Position numbers and translations under genes: made by a program | Notes under the pieces: generated by a model | The model's input: only the letters and a program-made list of their open reading frames with translations | Databases searched by the model: none | Told to the model about the DNA's origin: nothing | NCBI GenBank assembly: GCA_965220745.1 | Contig: CBDCQT010000011.1 | Span: 224,001 to 288,000 of the forward strand | Length of the DNA stretch: 64,000 bases | Source: Alphaproteobacteria bacterium | Lineage (GTDB): Bacteria; Pseudomonadota; Alphaproteobacteria; UBA828 | Direction: 5' to 3' | In this document: one piece after another, positions 9,291-18,599 of the stretch | Layout of the letters: each line of letters begins with the position of its first letter | How positions within the stretch are numbered: the first letter of the stretch is position 1

Positions 9291-9683
9291 TTACTCGGCA
9301 GCACACGGATCGCACGGGTTGCAGGCCGCGCACGGGTCGCACGGATTGCAAGCCTCGCAAGGATTGCAGGCATCCGCGACGATGATGCGCTCGTCCAAGG
9401 AAGATTCGCACGGATTGCAACCGCCGCATGGGTTGCAAGCCTCGCACGGATTGCAGGCCTCGCAAGGGTTGCAGGCATCCGCGACGACGACGCCCTCGTC
9501 CAGGGAAGATTCGCATGGGTTGCAAGCCTCGCACGGGTTACAGGCCCCGCACGGGTTGCACGGATCCTCGTGCGAGTCCGCGACGACGGTCGGCTGCTCC
9601 CCTGCGGACACGGCCGACGGCGCAAGGGCGGCGCCGGCCGCCATGGTAACGATGCTCACGGCGACCACTGTTTCCTTGATCAT
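9291..9683 (-). CDS. 130-aa exported Cys-rich repeat peptide (22 Cys)
   Basis: ATG at 9683 after AGGAGG; signal peptide ending AVSA; three CNPCEA-type cassettes. Confidence 0.85.
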   Translation of the reverse strand: MIKETVVAVSIVTMAAGAALAPSAVSAGEQPTVVADSHEDPCNPCGACNPCEACNPCESSLDEGVVVADACNPCEACNPCEACNPCGGCNPCESSLDERIIVADACNPCEACNPCDPCAACNPCDPCAAE

Positions 9684-9854
9684 TTTCGTAGTCTCCTCCT
9701 CGCAGACGCGAAATTTGATTGGTTTGAATTGGGGCTTCGCGCCGCCTCGGCGGGTTGTCGAACCATACGAAGCCCACGCCATTGTGGTGTATATCGGCGG
9801 CGAGCAAAAGTGCTTTCGTTTCGATGACGGGAATGTGAGCGACGGGGACGGCCG

Positions 9855-10631
9855 ATGCCGGTCGCGAGCAGCGAAGATTACGCGAGGCTGGCTGCCACCG
9901 CGCGGCAATTGGCGCTGGAGGCCGGGCGGACGATCATGGTCTTCTACCGCAAAGGCACGCTGGTCGAGACCAAGGCCGATTCCACACCCGTGACCGAGGC
10001 GGACCGCGCCGCAGACGGTCTCATCGTCACGGGCTTGCAGGCCGCGACCCCCGACATCCATGTGATTTCCGAGGAGAGCACAAGCGCAGGCACGCCACCC
10101 GCCAGCGGGCGCTTCTGGCTCGTGGATCCACTGGACGGCACCCGAGAGTTCATCGCACGCACCGGCGAGTTCACGGTCAATATCGCCTTGATCGAGGATG
10201 GCCGTCCGGTGCTCGGCGTGCTGCACGCCCCGGTCCAGGGCGAGACCTATGTCGCCGACGGACTGGGGCAGGCGGTGCGTATCGTGGGCGACGGTCGGCC
10301 GCAGGCGATCCGGGCGCGTCCGGTGCCTGCCAGAGGCCCTGCGGTCATCGCCAGCCGCCTGCACCGTGACGCCGAGACCGATGCATACATCGCGGGCCTC
10401 GGGCCTGCGCAGACTGTGAGCGCGGGGAGCGCCCTCAAGTTCGGCCTTCTGGCGCGGGGTGAAGCCGACATATACCCCCGCTTCGGCCGCACCATGGAGT
10501 GGGACACCGCCGCCGGCCACGCAATCCTCTCCGCCGCAGGCGGCCATGTCCGCGACCTGAACGGTCGCGAGCTGAGCTATGGCAAGGCGGGGTTCGTGAA
10601 TCCGCCCTTCGTTGCCTGCGGCATGGACTAG
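9855..10631 (+). CDS. cysQ: 3'(2'),5'-bisphosphate nucleotidase
   Basis: [46 protein letters not shown]. Confidence 0.92.
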   Translation: MPVASSEDYARLAATARQLALEAGRTIMVFYRKGTLVETKADSTPVTEADRAADGLIVTGLQAATPDIHVISEESTSAGTPPASGRFWLVDPLDGTREFIARTGEFTVNIALIEDGRPVLGVLHAPVQGETYVADGLGQAVRIVGDGRPQAIRARPVPARGPAVIASRLHRDAETDAYIAGLGPAQTVSAGSALKFGLLARGEADIYPRFGRTMEWDTAAGHAILSAAGGHVRDLNGRELSYGKAGFVNPPFVACGMD

Positions 10632-10635
10632 GGAC

Positions 10636-11295
10636 GTGTCGCCCGACGCCACAACCGGTCCTCCGTGCCTCGCACCGACCCCCGATGTCATCGCGCAGGC
10701 CGCGCGGGCGATTCGCGACGGCGGGCTCGTCGGGCTGCCCACCGACACGGTCTACGGCCTCGCCGCCGACGCGACCTCCGATGCGGCCGTGGAGGGCGTC
10801 TTTCGCGCCAAGGGCAGGCCGGCCGACAAGCCGCTCATCGCCCTCATCGCCACGATGGCGATGGCGAAGACCTGCGCCGACTTCACCGCGCCGGCCCTGG
10901 CGCTTGCGGAGGAGTTCTGGCCCGGCCCCTTGACCCTGGTGCTGCCGCGTGGCCCAGCCTCGCCCCTCTCGCCGCTGGTTCACCAGCGCGCACCGGGCAT
11001 CTCGCTCCGCATTCCTGGCAACGAGACCGCGCGTGCCGTCGTTGAGGCCGCGGAGCGGCCGTTGACGGCGCCGAGCGCCAATCCCTCGGGCGCACCGAGC
11101 CCGCTCACCGCCGCCGAGGTCGCGGCCGGCCTCGGAACCGCGGTCGCGCTGGTGATCGACGGCGGCCGTGCCGCCGACAGCCTCGGCTCGACGCTACTCG
11201 ACCTCACCGGGGACATCCCGCGTCTGCTCCGCGCAGGCGTCGTGAGTGCCCCGGCAATCGAGAGCGTGATTGGCCCTATCGTTCGCGCGGACTGA
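10636..11295 (+). CDS. tsaC: L-threonylcarbamoyladenylate synthase (TsaC/Sua5 domain)
   Basis: [35 protein letters not shown]. Confidence 0.9.
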   Translation: MSPDATTGPPCLAPTPDVIAQAARAIRDGGLVGLPTDTVYGLAADATSDAAVEGVFRAKGRPADKPLIALIATMAMAKTCADFTAPALALAEEFWPGPLTLVLPRGPASPLSPLVHQRAPGISLRIPGNETARAVVEAAERPLTAPSANPSGAPSPLTAAEVAAGLGTAVALVIDGGRAADSLGSTLLDLTGDIPRLLRAGVVSAPAIESVIGPIVRAD

Positions 11296-12181
11296 GAAAC
11301 TGCGTTAGGCCGACGGTGCCGCTGCCCCTGCGCGCGGGCTGCTGTTGAGAATCGTGCGGGCGCCAGCCTGTAAGATAGAGCACCTGGAAGGTGGCCGGGA
11401 TACGCCCGTCGCCGCTACCGAACATCTCCTGGTAACCGTCTGCGGCGACACGGAAAGTAGCCCGCCGGGCAAAGTGCCGCGCCCGCCCGCGAGCGGCGTT
11501 GGCCTCGCCCATGGCGCGGAGATCGTGCATCAGCGCGTCGGCGCTCTCGTAGGTGACCGTGATCCGGTCGCTGTCCACCACTGGCAGCGCAAAACCGGTC
11601 CGCTGCAGTAGGGCGCCGAGGGTCTGAACGTCCGGGAAAGGCGAAACATGGGGCCGCGCGCCCCCTTCTTGCCCCGCTTCCGCTTGCAGGAACGCCTCGC
11701 GCAGTTCAAACAAGGTTTCGCCGCCCAGCATCGCCGCCAGCAGCAGGCCGTCCGGCCTGAGCGCCTGTCTGATCTGGACCAGCGCACCTGGCAGGTCGTT
11801 CACCCAATGCAGGCTGAGCGCGCTCACCACGAGATCGAGCGAGTCCGCGCGGATCGGCAGCCACTCCTCGTCGGCGACGAGGCGCGCGGGTCCCGCAGCG
11901 CACGCCACCATGGCCGGCGAGAAGTCCGCCTCGATGAGCAAGTCGGGCGCGGCATGCCGATGCAGCATCGGCCCCAGTTGCCCGCCGTGGCAGCCGAGGT
12001 CGAGTACGCGGGGGAAGCGGCGCTTGACGTCTTCGAGCCGACCCACCAGCCGCTCGCCCACCTCGCGAACCAGGAAGTCGCCGCGCCCCGCGAAGCCGGC
12101 GGCGGCGCGGTCGCGGTGGGCGCGCACGGCGGCACGGTCGAAGACCGCGGCGCCGTCGGGCTGAGCCGCGCGCTGGGTCAT
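11276..12181 (-). CDS. SAM-dependent methyltransferase (NDUFAF5/BioC-like)
   Basis: VFDR, LDLGCHGG, ADEE, LHWVNDLPG, GGETLFELR, DLRAMGE; divergent from comF as is usual. Confidence 0.85.
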   Translation of the reverse strand: MTQRAAQPDGAAVFDRAAVRAHRDRAAAGFAGRGDFLVREVGERLVGRLEDVKRRFPRVLDLGCHGGQLGPMLHRHAAPDLLIEADFSPAMVACAAGPARLVADEEWLPIRADSLDLVVSALSLHWVNDLPGALVQIRQALRPDGLLLAAMLGGETLFELREAFLQAEAGQEGGARPHVSPFPDVQTLGALLQRTGFALPVVDSDRITVTYESADALMHDLRAMGEANAARGRARHFARRATFRVAADGYQEMFGSGDGRIPATFQVLYLTGWRPHDSQQQPARRGSGTVGLTQFLSPRER

Positions 12182-12238
12182 GCCGCCGGTTATGGCATGA
12201 TGAACAGAAGGCGGGAAGCGCGGACGGGAGTCGGGATA

Positions 12239-13006
12239 ATGCTGAGCGGCGCGTACGGGGGGCCATTGACGGCGCTGGCGCGGGTGGCCGCGACGAGCGC
12301 GGTCGACATGGTGCTGCCGCCTTCGTGCCTCGCCTGCCATGCCCCGGTCAGCGAGGCCGGCGGGCTCTGCCCCGACTGCTGGAACCGCATCAGCTTCATC
12401 GGCCGGCCCTGCTGCGCGCGCTGCGGCCTGCCGTTCACGATCGAGGCGGCCCAGGACGCTATCTGCGGCGACTGCGCCCGGGTGCCGCCCGTCTTCGACC
12501 GGGCACGCGCTGCTTTCCTTTACGAAGGTGCCGGGCGCGAGCTGATTCTCGCCTTCAAGATGGCCGATCGCTCGTGGCTCGCGCCCAGGCTGGCCACGTG
12601 GCTGCAGCGCGCGGCCGCGCCGCTGCTGCCTGAGGCGGACGTGGTGGTGCCGGTGCCGCTCCATCGCTGGCGGCTGCTGGCGCGGCGATTCAACCAGGCG
12701 GCGGTGCTCGCCCGGCTCATGGCGCGCGAGGCGGGTGTTGCGATGGTCCCGGACCTCCTGGTGCGGACCCGGCGGACGGCGACGCAGACCCGGCTCTCGC
12801 GCGTCGAGCGGCGGCGCAACGTGCGGGGCGCGTTCGCGGTACGGCACGCGCGCGCGCCGCTGGTCGTCGGGCGCAACGTCCTCTTGGTGGACGACGTCAT
12901 GACCACCGGCGCCACCGTCGCGGCCTGCGCCCGCGCGCTGCGCAAGGCGGGCGCCGCGCGGGTCGATGTGACCACTCTTGCGCGCGCCTTGCCGAGCCGT
13001 CCATGA
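12239..13006 (+). CDS. comF: ComF-family protein
   Basis: CxxC zinc ribbons, PVPLH, RFNQA, LVDDVMTTGAT. Confidence 0.88.
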   Translation: MLSGAYGGPLTALARVAATSAVDMVLPPSCLACHAPVSEAGGLCPDCWNRISFIGRPCCARCGLPFTIEAAQDAICGDCARVPPVFDRARAAFLYEGAGRELILAFKMADRSWLAPRLATWLQRAAAPLLPEADVVVPVPLHRWRLLARRFNQAAVLARLMAREAGVAMVPDLLVRTRRTATQTRLSRVERRRNVRGAFAVRHARAPLVVGRNVLLVDDVMTTGATVAACARALRKAGAARVDVTTLARALPSRP

Positions 13007-13037
13007 TGCCGGCCTGCACCGAGCATTGGGGGATACC

Positions 13038-13898
13038 ATGACCGAAACCCTTCGGGTCGCCTGCGTTCAGCCCTCCAGCGGCCAGGACATGCAGACCAAC
13101 CTCGATGCGGCCGGCGCCCTTGTACGCGAGGCCCGCGCCGCCGGCGCGGAGCTGATCGCGCTGCCCGAAAATGTCGCCCTGATGGACCACCGGACGGAGC
13201 TGGTGCAGGCCAACGCCCGCCCGCTCGACGCCCATCCGGCGGCGCAGTTCTTCAGCGCGCTCGCGGAGGAGCTGGACGTTTGGCTGCTCGCTGGCTCGAT
13301 GGGGGCGGACGCTGGCGACGGCCGCATCGCCAACCGCTCCGTCCTGATCGACCCCTCGGGCCGGATCGTTGCCACCTACGACAAGATTCACATGTTCGAC
13401 GTGGATCTGCCCAACGGCGAGGTCTACCGCGAGAGCGACGCCTTCCGCCCCGGCGGACAGGCGGTGGTGGCGGAGACCCCCTGGGGCGGCCTCGGCATGA
13501 CCGTCTGCTACGACCTGCGCTTTCCCCAGCTTTACCGGGCGCTGGCCCATGCCGGGGTGCGGCTCATCACCGTGCCCGCAGCGTTCACCAAGCATACGGG
13601 CGAAGCGCATTGGCACGTTCTAATGCGGGCGCGCGCCATCGAGAGCGGCTGCTTCGTGATCGCGCCCTGCATGTGGGGCAGCCACTCCGGCGACCGCCAG
13701 ACCTACGGCCACTCGCTGATCGTCGATCCCTGGGGTGAGGTGCTGGCCGATGCCGGCGAGGGCGTCGGCATTATCACGGCCGATCTTGAGCTTGCGCGCG
13801 TGGAGCAGGTGCGCGCCGCAATCCCGGCGCTGGCGCACGACCGCGCCTTCTCGCCGCCGGCCGGTTCGGAACAGGAGCTCCGCCGCGCCGCCGGCTGA
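13038..13898 (+). CDS. Carbon-nitrogen hydrolase (Nit1-like amidase)
   Basis: LPE, YDKIHMFDV, VCYDLRFP, RARAIE, YGHSLIVDPWG. Confidence 0.9.
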   Translation: MTETLRVACVQPSSGQDMQTNLDAAGALVREARAAGAELIALPENVALMDHRTELVQANARPLDAHPAAQFFSALAEELDVWLLAGSMGADAGDGRIANRSVLIDPSGRIVATYDKIHMFDVDLPNGEVYRESDAFRPGGQAVVAETPWGGLGMTVCYDLRFPQLYRALAHAGVRLITVPAAFTKHTGEAHWHVLMRARAIESGCFVIAPCMWGSHSGDRQTYGHSLIVDPWGEVLADAGEGVGIITADLELARVEQVRAAIPALAHDRAFSPPAGSEQELRRAAG

Positions 13899-13958
13899 AA
13901 TTGTACGTTTCCCTCAACGGCGGGCGCGCGCTCCGGACCGCTTCACGGTCCGGCCCTG

Positions 13959-14498
13959 CTACGTTGCGGGCTTTATGGGCTTCCGGGCGCAAAGGTGCTG
14001 AACGATCTTGGGATTGGGCGGTGGGACTGCGCGGTGCTCGTAGGCGACGACCGTGAGACGGCCTGCGGCGAGCGCCAGCAGCTCGCCGCGCTGCAGCAGG
14101 TAGTCCGGGTTGCGCGGGCGGCCGAAGCGTTCGTTGCCGACGGCGAAGGTCTCGTAAAGGAAGACGCCGCCCGGCAGGAAGCAATCCACGAGCGGCACCA
14201 GCAGCGGGCGGAACAAATAGTCCGTCACCACCACGGCATCGAACCGGCGCCCGGCCAGCGGCGCGGCGCCGGGGCGCTCCAAGTCCGTCTCGACGATCTC
14301 GACCAGGGGGTCGTCCTCGAGATCGGCGAGGCCCGAGGTGTCGATGTCGATGGCCGTGACTCGCAAGCCGCGCTCGCGCAGATAGCGGGTGTGCCGGCCG
14401 CCGCCGCAGGCGAGATCGAGCACGTGGCCGCCTTCGGCGATCAGGCCAGCATGGCGGGCGATCCAGGGGGAGGGGACGCGCGAGCGGTGGCTGTGCAT
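13959..14498 (-). CDS. Class I SAM-dependent methyltransferase
   Basis: PSPW, VLDLACGGGRH, YLFRP, YETF..GN..GRP.NPDYLL. Confidence 0.8.
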   Translation of the reverse strand: MHSHRSRVPSPWIARHAGLIAEGGHVLDLACGGGRHTRYLRERGLRVTAIDIDTSGLADLEDDPLVEIVETDLERPGAAPLAGRRFDAVVVTDYLFRPLLVPLVDCFLPGGVFLYETFAVGNERFGRPRNPDYLLQRGELLALAAGRLTVVAYEHRAVPPPNPKIVQHLCARKPIKPAT

Positions 14499-14593
14499 GG
14501 CGGTATCGGCCGCAGGGCCAATTGGATTTTCGTGTGGATTCGGGCTTTTATGGTACGTTGCAGTGACCGTGGCAGCGAGCCGGGCGCACCCAC

Positions 14594-15049
14594 ATGATCG
14601 TGTTCGACCTCAAGTGCGGCAAGGACCACGTGTTCGAGGGCTACTTTGCCGACTCCGCGACCTACGAGCAGCAGGCGGAGGCGGGCGAGATCGCGTGCCC
14701 CTATTGCGGCGACGTCGAGATCGCCAAGGCGCCGATGGCCCCCAACATCGCGGTCAACAACAGGGCGCGGGGCGAACCCGAGCCAGCGCCGGCGCCGGCG
14801 CCCGAGCGCAAGCCGACGCCGCCGGAGATGGCCCGCGCGATCGGGACGCTGCGGCGCATGCGCTCCTACATCGAGCAGAACTTCGATCATGTGGGCGAGC
14901 GCTTCCCCGAGGAAGCGCGCAAGATCCACTACGGCGAGGTCGAGCGCCGCAGCATCTACGGCGACGCCACCAAGGAGGAGGTCGGCGAGCTCGCCGACGA
15001 GGGGATCGAGGTCGGCGAGGTCCCCTGGGTCCCCCGCCACGACGCTTAG
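14594..15049 (+). CDS. DUF1178 family protein
   Basis: MIVFDLKC..H.FEG.F, CPYCG, APMAP, VGERFPEEARKIHYGE. Confidence 0.88.
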   Translation: MIVFDLKCGKDHVFEGYFADSATYEQQAEAGEIACPYCGDVEIAKAPMAPNIAVNNRARGEPEPAPAPAPERKPTPPEMARAIGTLRRMRSYIEQNFDHVGERFPEEARKIHYGEVERRSIYGDATKEEVGELADEGIEVGEVPWVPRHDA

Positions 15050-15083
15050 TTCACGGGCATCCTGACGCCGGTTTTACCCGCGC

Positions 15084-15899
15084 TCAGGCGCCGGGCTTCC
15101 TGGCGTGGACGATGTAGTTCACCGAAAGATTGGGGCTTGTGGTCCAGCCGCCGGCGAGCGGGTTGTAGACCATGCCCCGCATGTCGACGACGGTGAGGCC
15201 CTGGCGGCGCAGCAGGCGCACCATCTCGGCCGGGCGGACGAAGCGCGACCAGTCGTGCGTGCCGGCCGGTAGCCAGCCCAGAATCCGCTCGCCCGCCACG
15301 ATGGCGAGCGCGTAGGCCGCAAGCGTGCGGTTGAGCGTCGCCACGACGAACGTCCCGCCGGGCCGGACCAGGCTCGTGCAGGCGTCGGCGAAGGCGTCGA
15401 GATCGGCCACGTGCTCGACGATCTCAAGCGCCAGCACGGCGTCGAACTGCTCGCCGTCCGCCGCCAGCGCCTCCGCCGTGGCGTGGCGGTAGTCGATGGC
15501 GAGCCCCTGTTCCTCGGCGTGATGGCGGGCGGCGCGGACGTTGGCCTCCGCCGCATCGATGGCGACCACGTCTGCGCCGAGCCGGCACATGGGCTCGGCC
15601 ATCAGGCCGCCGCCGCAGCCGACATCGAGGAGTCTCAAGCCCGTCAGAGGCTTGAGCGCGGCGGGCTCTCTCCCCGCCAACAGCGCATCCCGCACGTAGG
15701 CGATGCGCACCGGGTTCAGCGCGTGGAGCGCACGAAAGGCGCCGTGGCGGTCCCACCAGCGCTCGGCGAGCGCGGCGAAGCGCTCGATCTCCTCGGGATC
15801 GACGCTGGGGTCGGTCGCGGGCTCGGCCGCCGCGGCATGGGGCGCCTCAGCCCCCTTTGAGGCCTCCTGCGACTCCCGACCTCGCCGGTTCCCGGCCAT
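15084..15899 (-). CDS. ubiG: Ubiquinone biosynthesis O-methyltransferase
   Basis: EIERF..WWD, LHALNPVR, LDVGCGGG, EIVEHV, LPAGTHDW; start uncertain. Confidence 0.9.
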   Translation of the reverse strand: MAGNRRGRESQEASKGAEAPHAAAAEPATDPSVDPEEIERFAALAERWWDRHGAFRALHALNPVRIAYVRDALLAGREPAALKPLTGLRLLDVGCGGGLMAEPMCRLGADVVAIDAAEANVRAARHHAEEQGLAIDYRHATAEALAADGEQFDAVLALEIVEHVADLDAFADACTSLVRPGGTFVVATLNRTLAAYALAIVAGERILGWLPAGTHDWSRFVRPAEMVRLLRRQGLTVVDMRGMVYNPLAGGWTTSPNLSVNYIVHARKPGA

Positions 15900-16015
15900 C
15901 GCCGTCTTTCCTTTCCGCCAGGCCATCCGCTTGCGCGGCCAAAGCCGAGCCAGTATGTAGGGCCGTCTCCACGACCGGCAAGCGTCGCCTCACCGACGCA
16001 GACGCGGCCCACCCG

Positions 16016-17239
16016 ATGGCACTCATCGTTCACAAATACGGCGGCACGTCGCTGGCCGACCTCGACCGCATCAACGCCGTCGCCGACCGGGTGAAGGCGG
16101 CGTTCGATGCCGGCGACGAGATCGCGGTCGTGGTCTCTGCCATGGCCGGCACCACCGATCAGCTGGTCTCCTGGGTCCGGGCCGCGGCGCCTCTCCACGA
16201 CGCGCGGGAATACGACACGGTCGCTGCGGCGGGCGAGCAGATCACGGCAGGCCTGCTGGCGCTTGCGCTGCAGAGCCGCGGGGTCACAGCACGCTCGTGG
16301 CTGGGCTGGCAAATCCCGATCCACACCGACGGCGGACACGGACGCGCCAGAATCGAGGGGATTGAGACGGACGAGCTGCACAAGCGGCTCGGCAGACGCG
16401 AGGTGCCGGTGGTCGCGGGCTTCCAGGGCCTGGGCCCGCTCGGGCGGATCACGACGCTGGGCCGGGGCGGCACGGATACCTCGGCGGTTGCCCTCGCGGC
16501 GGCGCTGGGCGCCGACCGTTGCGACATTTTCACGGACGTGGAAGGCGTCTTTACCGCCGATCCGCGCATCGTTGCGACGGCGCGCAAGCTGACTAAGATC
16601 ACCTACGAGGAGATGCTGGAGCTCGCCTCCCTCGGCGCCAAGGTCTTGCAGATTCGTGCCGTCGAGATGGCGATGAAGCACCAGGTGCCGCTTCAGGTTG
16701 CCTCCAGCTTCGCCGATACCTCCGGAACATTCGTGGTCGATGAGGACGACATCGTGGAACAGGAGCGGGTCAGCGGGATCGCCTACAGCAGGGACGAGGC
16801 CAAGATCACGGTGATGGGGGTCGCCGACCGACCCGGCGTGGCGGCGGCCATCTTCGGGCCGCTGGCGGACGGCAACGTCAACGTCGACATGATCGTGCAG
16901 AACATCTCCGCCGACGGCACGACCGACCTCACCTTCACGGTGACAGAGGTCGATCTGGACCGCTCGATCGCGATCCTCAAGGAGACGCGGAGCGCGGTCG
17001 CCTACGAGCGGCTGGTGGCGGACCAGGGCGTGGTCAAGGTCTCGGTGATCGGCGTCGGCATGCGCAGCCATGCCGGGGTGGCCCAGACGATGTTCGCGGC
17101 GCTTGCCGAGAAGGGCATCAACATCCAGGTGATCTCGACCTCGGAGATCAAGATCAGCGTGCTGGTTTCCGAAGACTATACCGAGCTTGCCGTGCGCGCT
17201 CTCCACGCGGCCTACGGACTGGACGACCGTGAGCCCTGA
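16016..17239 (+). CDS. lysC: Aspartokinase
   Basis: KYGGTS, VVSAMAG, TTLGRGGTD, EEMLELASLGAKVL, two ACT domains. Confidence 0.95.
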   Translation: MALIVHKYGGTSLADLDRINAVADRVKAAFDAGDEIAVVVSAMAGTTDQLVSWVRAAAPLHDAREYDTVAAAGEQITAGLLALALQSRGVTARSWLGWQIPIHTDGGHGRARIEGIETDELHKRLGRREVPVVAGFQGLGPLGRITTLGRGGTDTSAVALAAALGADRCDIFTDVEGVFTADPRIVATARKLTKITYEEMLELASLGAKVLQIRAVEMAMKHQVPLQVASSFADTSGTFVVDEDDIVEQERVSGIAYSRDEAKITVMGVADRPGVAAAIFGPLADGNVNVDMIVQNISADGTTDLTFTVTEVDLDRSIAILKETRSAVAYERLVADQGVVKVSVIGVGMRSHAGVAQTMFAALAEKGINIQVISTSEIKISVLVSEDYTELAVRALHAAYGLDDREP

Positions 17240-17256
17240 AGCGGGGCGCCCGGTCG

Positions 17257-18348
17257 ATGACTGAAGCGCGCGAGAGCGCGCTCCAGCGGCTCGATGCCTA
17301 CTGGGCGCGGGGGCGTGCGTTCCTCGGCACCCGCTACGCGCTCATGGGCGGGGCGATGTCGTGGGTCTCCGAGCGGAACTTGGTGGCCGCCATCTCCAAC
17401 GCCGGCGGCTTCGGTGTGGTGGCCTGCGGCTCGCTGGCTCCGGATCAGCTCGCGGCGGAGATCGACGGGGTCTACGAGCGCTGCGACAAGCCCTTCGGGG
17501 TCAACATCATCGTCATGCACCCGGAGCTCGACGCCCTCGTCGCGACCTGCGTCGAACGGCGCGTGGGCCACGTGGTGCTGGCCGGCGGCCTGCCGCCCAG
17601 GCGGACCGTCGAGACGCTGAAGCAAGCCGGCACCCGCATCGTCGCCTTCGCATCGACGCTGCCGCTCGCCTGCAGGCTCGCCAAGCAGGGCATCGACGCG
17701 ATCATCATCGAGGGCATGGAGGCGGGCGGGCATATCGGGCCGGTCTCCACCAACGTGCTCGCCCAGGAGGTGCTGCCCCATTTCGACGAGGTGCCGGTCT
17801 TCGTCGGCGGCGGCATCGGGCGGGGCGATGCAGTCGCGCTCTATCTCGCAATGGGGGCGGCCGGTTGCCAGCTCGGTACGCGCTTCGTCTGCGCGACGGA
17901 ATCCATCGCCCATCCGCGCTTCAAGCAGGCGATGATCCGCGCGAATGCCCGCGATGCGCGGCTCTCGGTGCAGGTGGACCCCGATTTTCCCGTAATTCCG
18001 GTGCGCGCCGTCGCCAACAAAGCGACGGAGCGATTCGAGGCGTTTCAACGGGAGACCATCGCGCGCTATCGCCAGGGCGAGATGGAACTCGCCGAGGCTC
18101 GGCTCGCCATCGAGCACTTCTGGGCCGGTGCGCTGCGCCGGGCCGCGATCGAAGGCGACGTCGAAGACGGTTCTCTGATGGCCGGCCAAAGCGTCGGCAT
18201 GGTGACATCGGAGCAGTCGACAAGCGAGATTGTCGCTGAACTGTTGGACCAGGCAGTAAATGCGCTCGCTCTCAGCGCCGAACGTGGAGCCGCGGGCCTT
18301 GCTGACGGTAATCGACCGGCGCATCGTCCTCTACCCGCCAGTGCATAA
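17257..18348 (+). CDS. Nitronate monooxygenase/FabK-like flavin oxidoreductase
   Basis: GGAMSWVS, PFGVN, EGMEAGGHIG, GGGIG, QLGTRF, GSLMAGQSVG. Confidence 0.88.
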   Translation: MTEARESALQRLDAYWARGRAFLGTRYALMGGAMSWVSERNLVAAISNAGGFGVVACGSLAPDQLAAEIDGVYERCDKPFGVNIIVMHPELDALVATCVERRVGHVVLAGGLPPRRTVETLKQAGTRIVAFASTLPLACRLAKQGIDAIIIEGMEAGGHIGPVSTNVLAQEVLPHFDEVPVFVGGGIGRGDAVALYLAMGAAGCQLGTRFVCATESIAHPRFKQAMIRANARDARLSVQVDPDFPVIPVRAVANKATERFEAFQRETIARYRQGEMELAEARLAIEHFWAGALRRAAIEGDVEDGSLMAGQSVGMVTSEQSTSEIVAELLDQAVNALALSAERGAAGLADGNRPAHRPLPASA

Positions 18349-18599
18349 CAGCAGCTTTACAATGCGTAAGTCTATGATTGCGCAGGATGACGGCCGATGA
18401 TAACATCGTGGGCCTGGCTGTTAGTAACGGGGGACGGCTGATCGGGTCGCAGTCTTCTAGCGTCAGAAGAATAACTGGCGAAATGAGGCGGTGACGCGAA
18501 CACAATATGGAGCGTATTGGACGTTCGCAAACGGGTGTCTGAGCGCGCATCGCCGGCTGGGAGGGCGGCGTTCGTGCTCGCTGTTGCGGGACGTGAGTC

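Noticed and set aside
9684-10748. N-terminal 355 aa of the 485-aa ORF 9291-10748
   Set aside because: Largely antisense to cysQ and tsaC; the real start is 9683 with an AGGAGG RBS.
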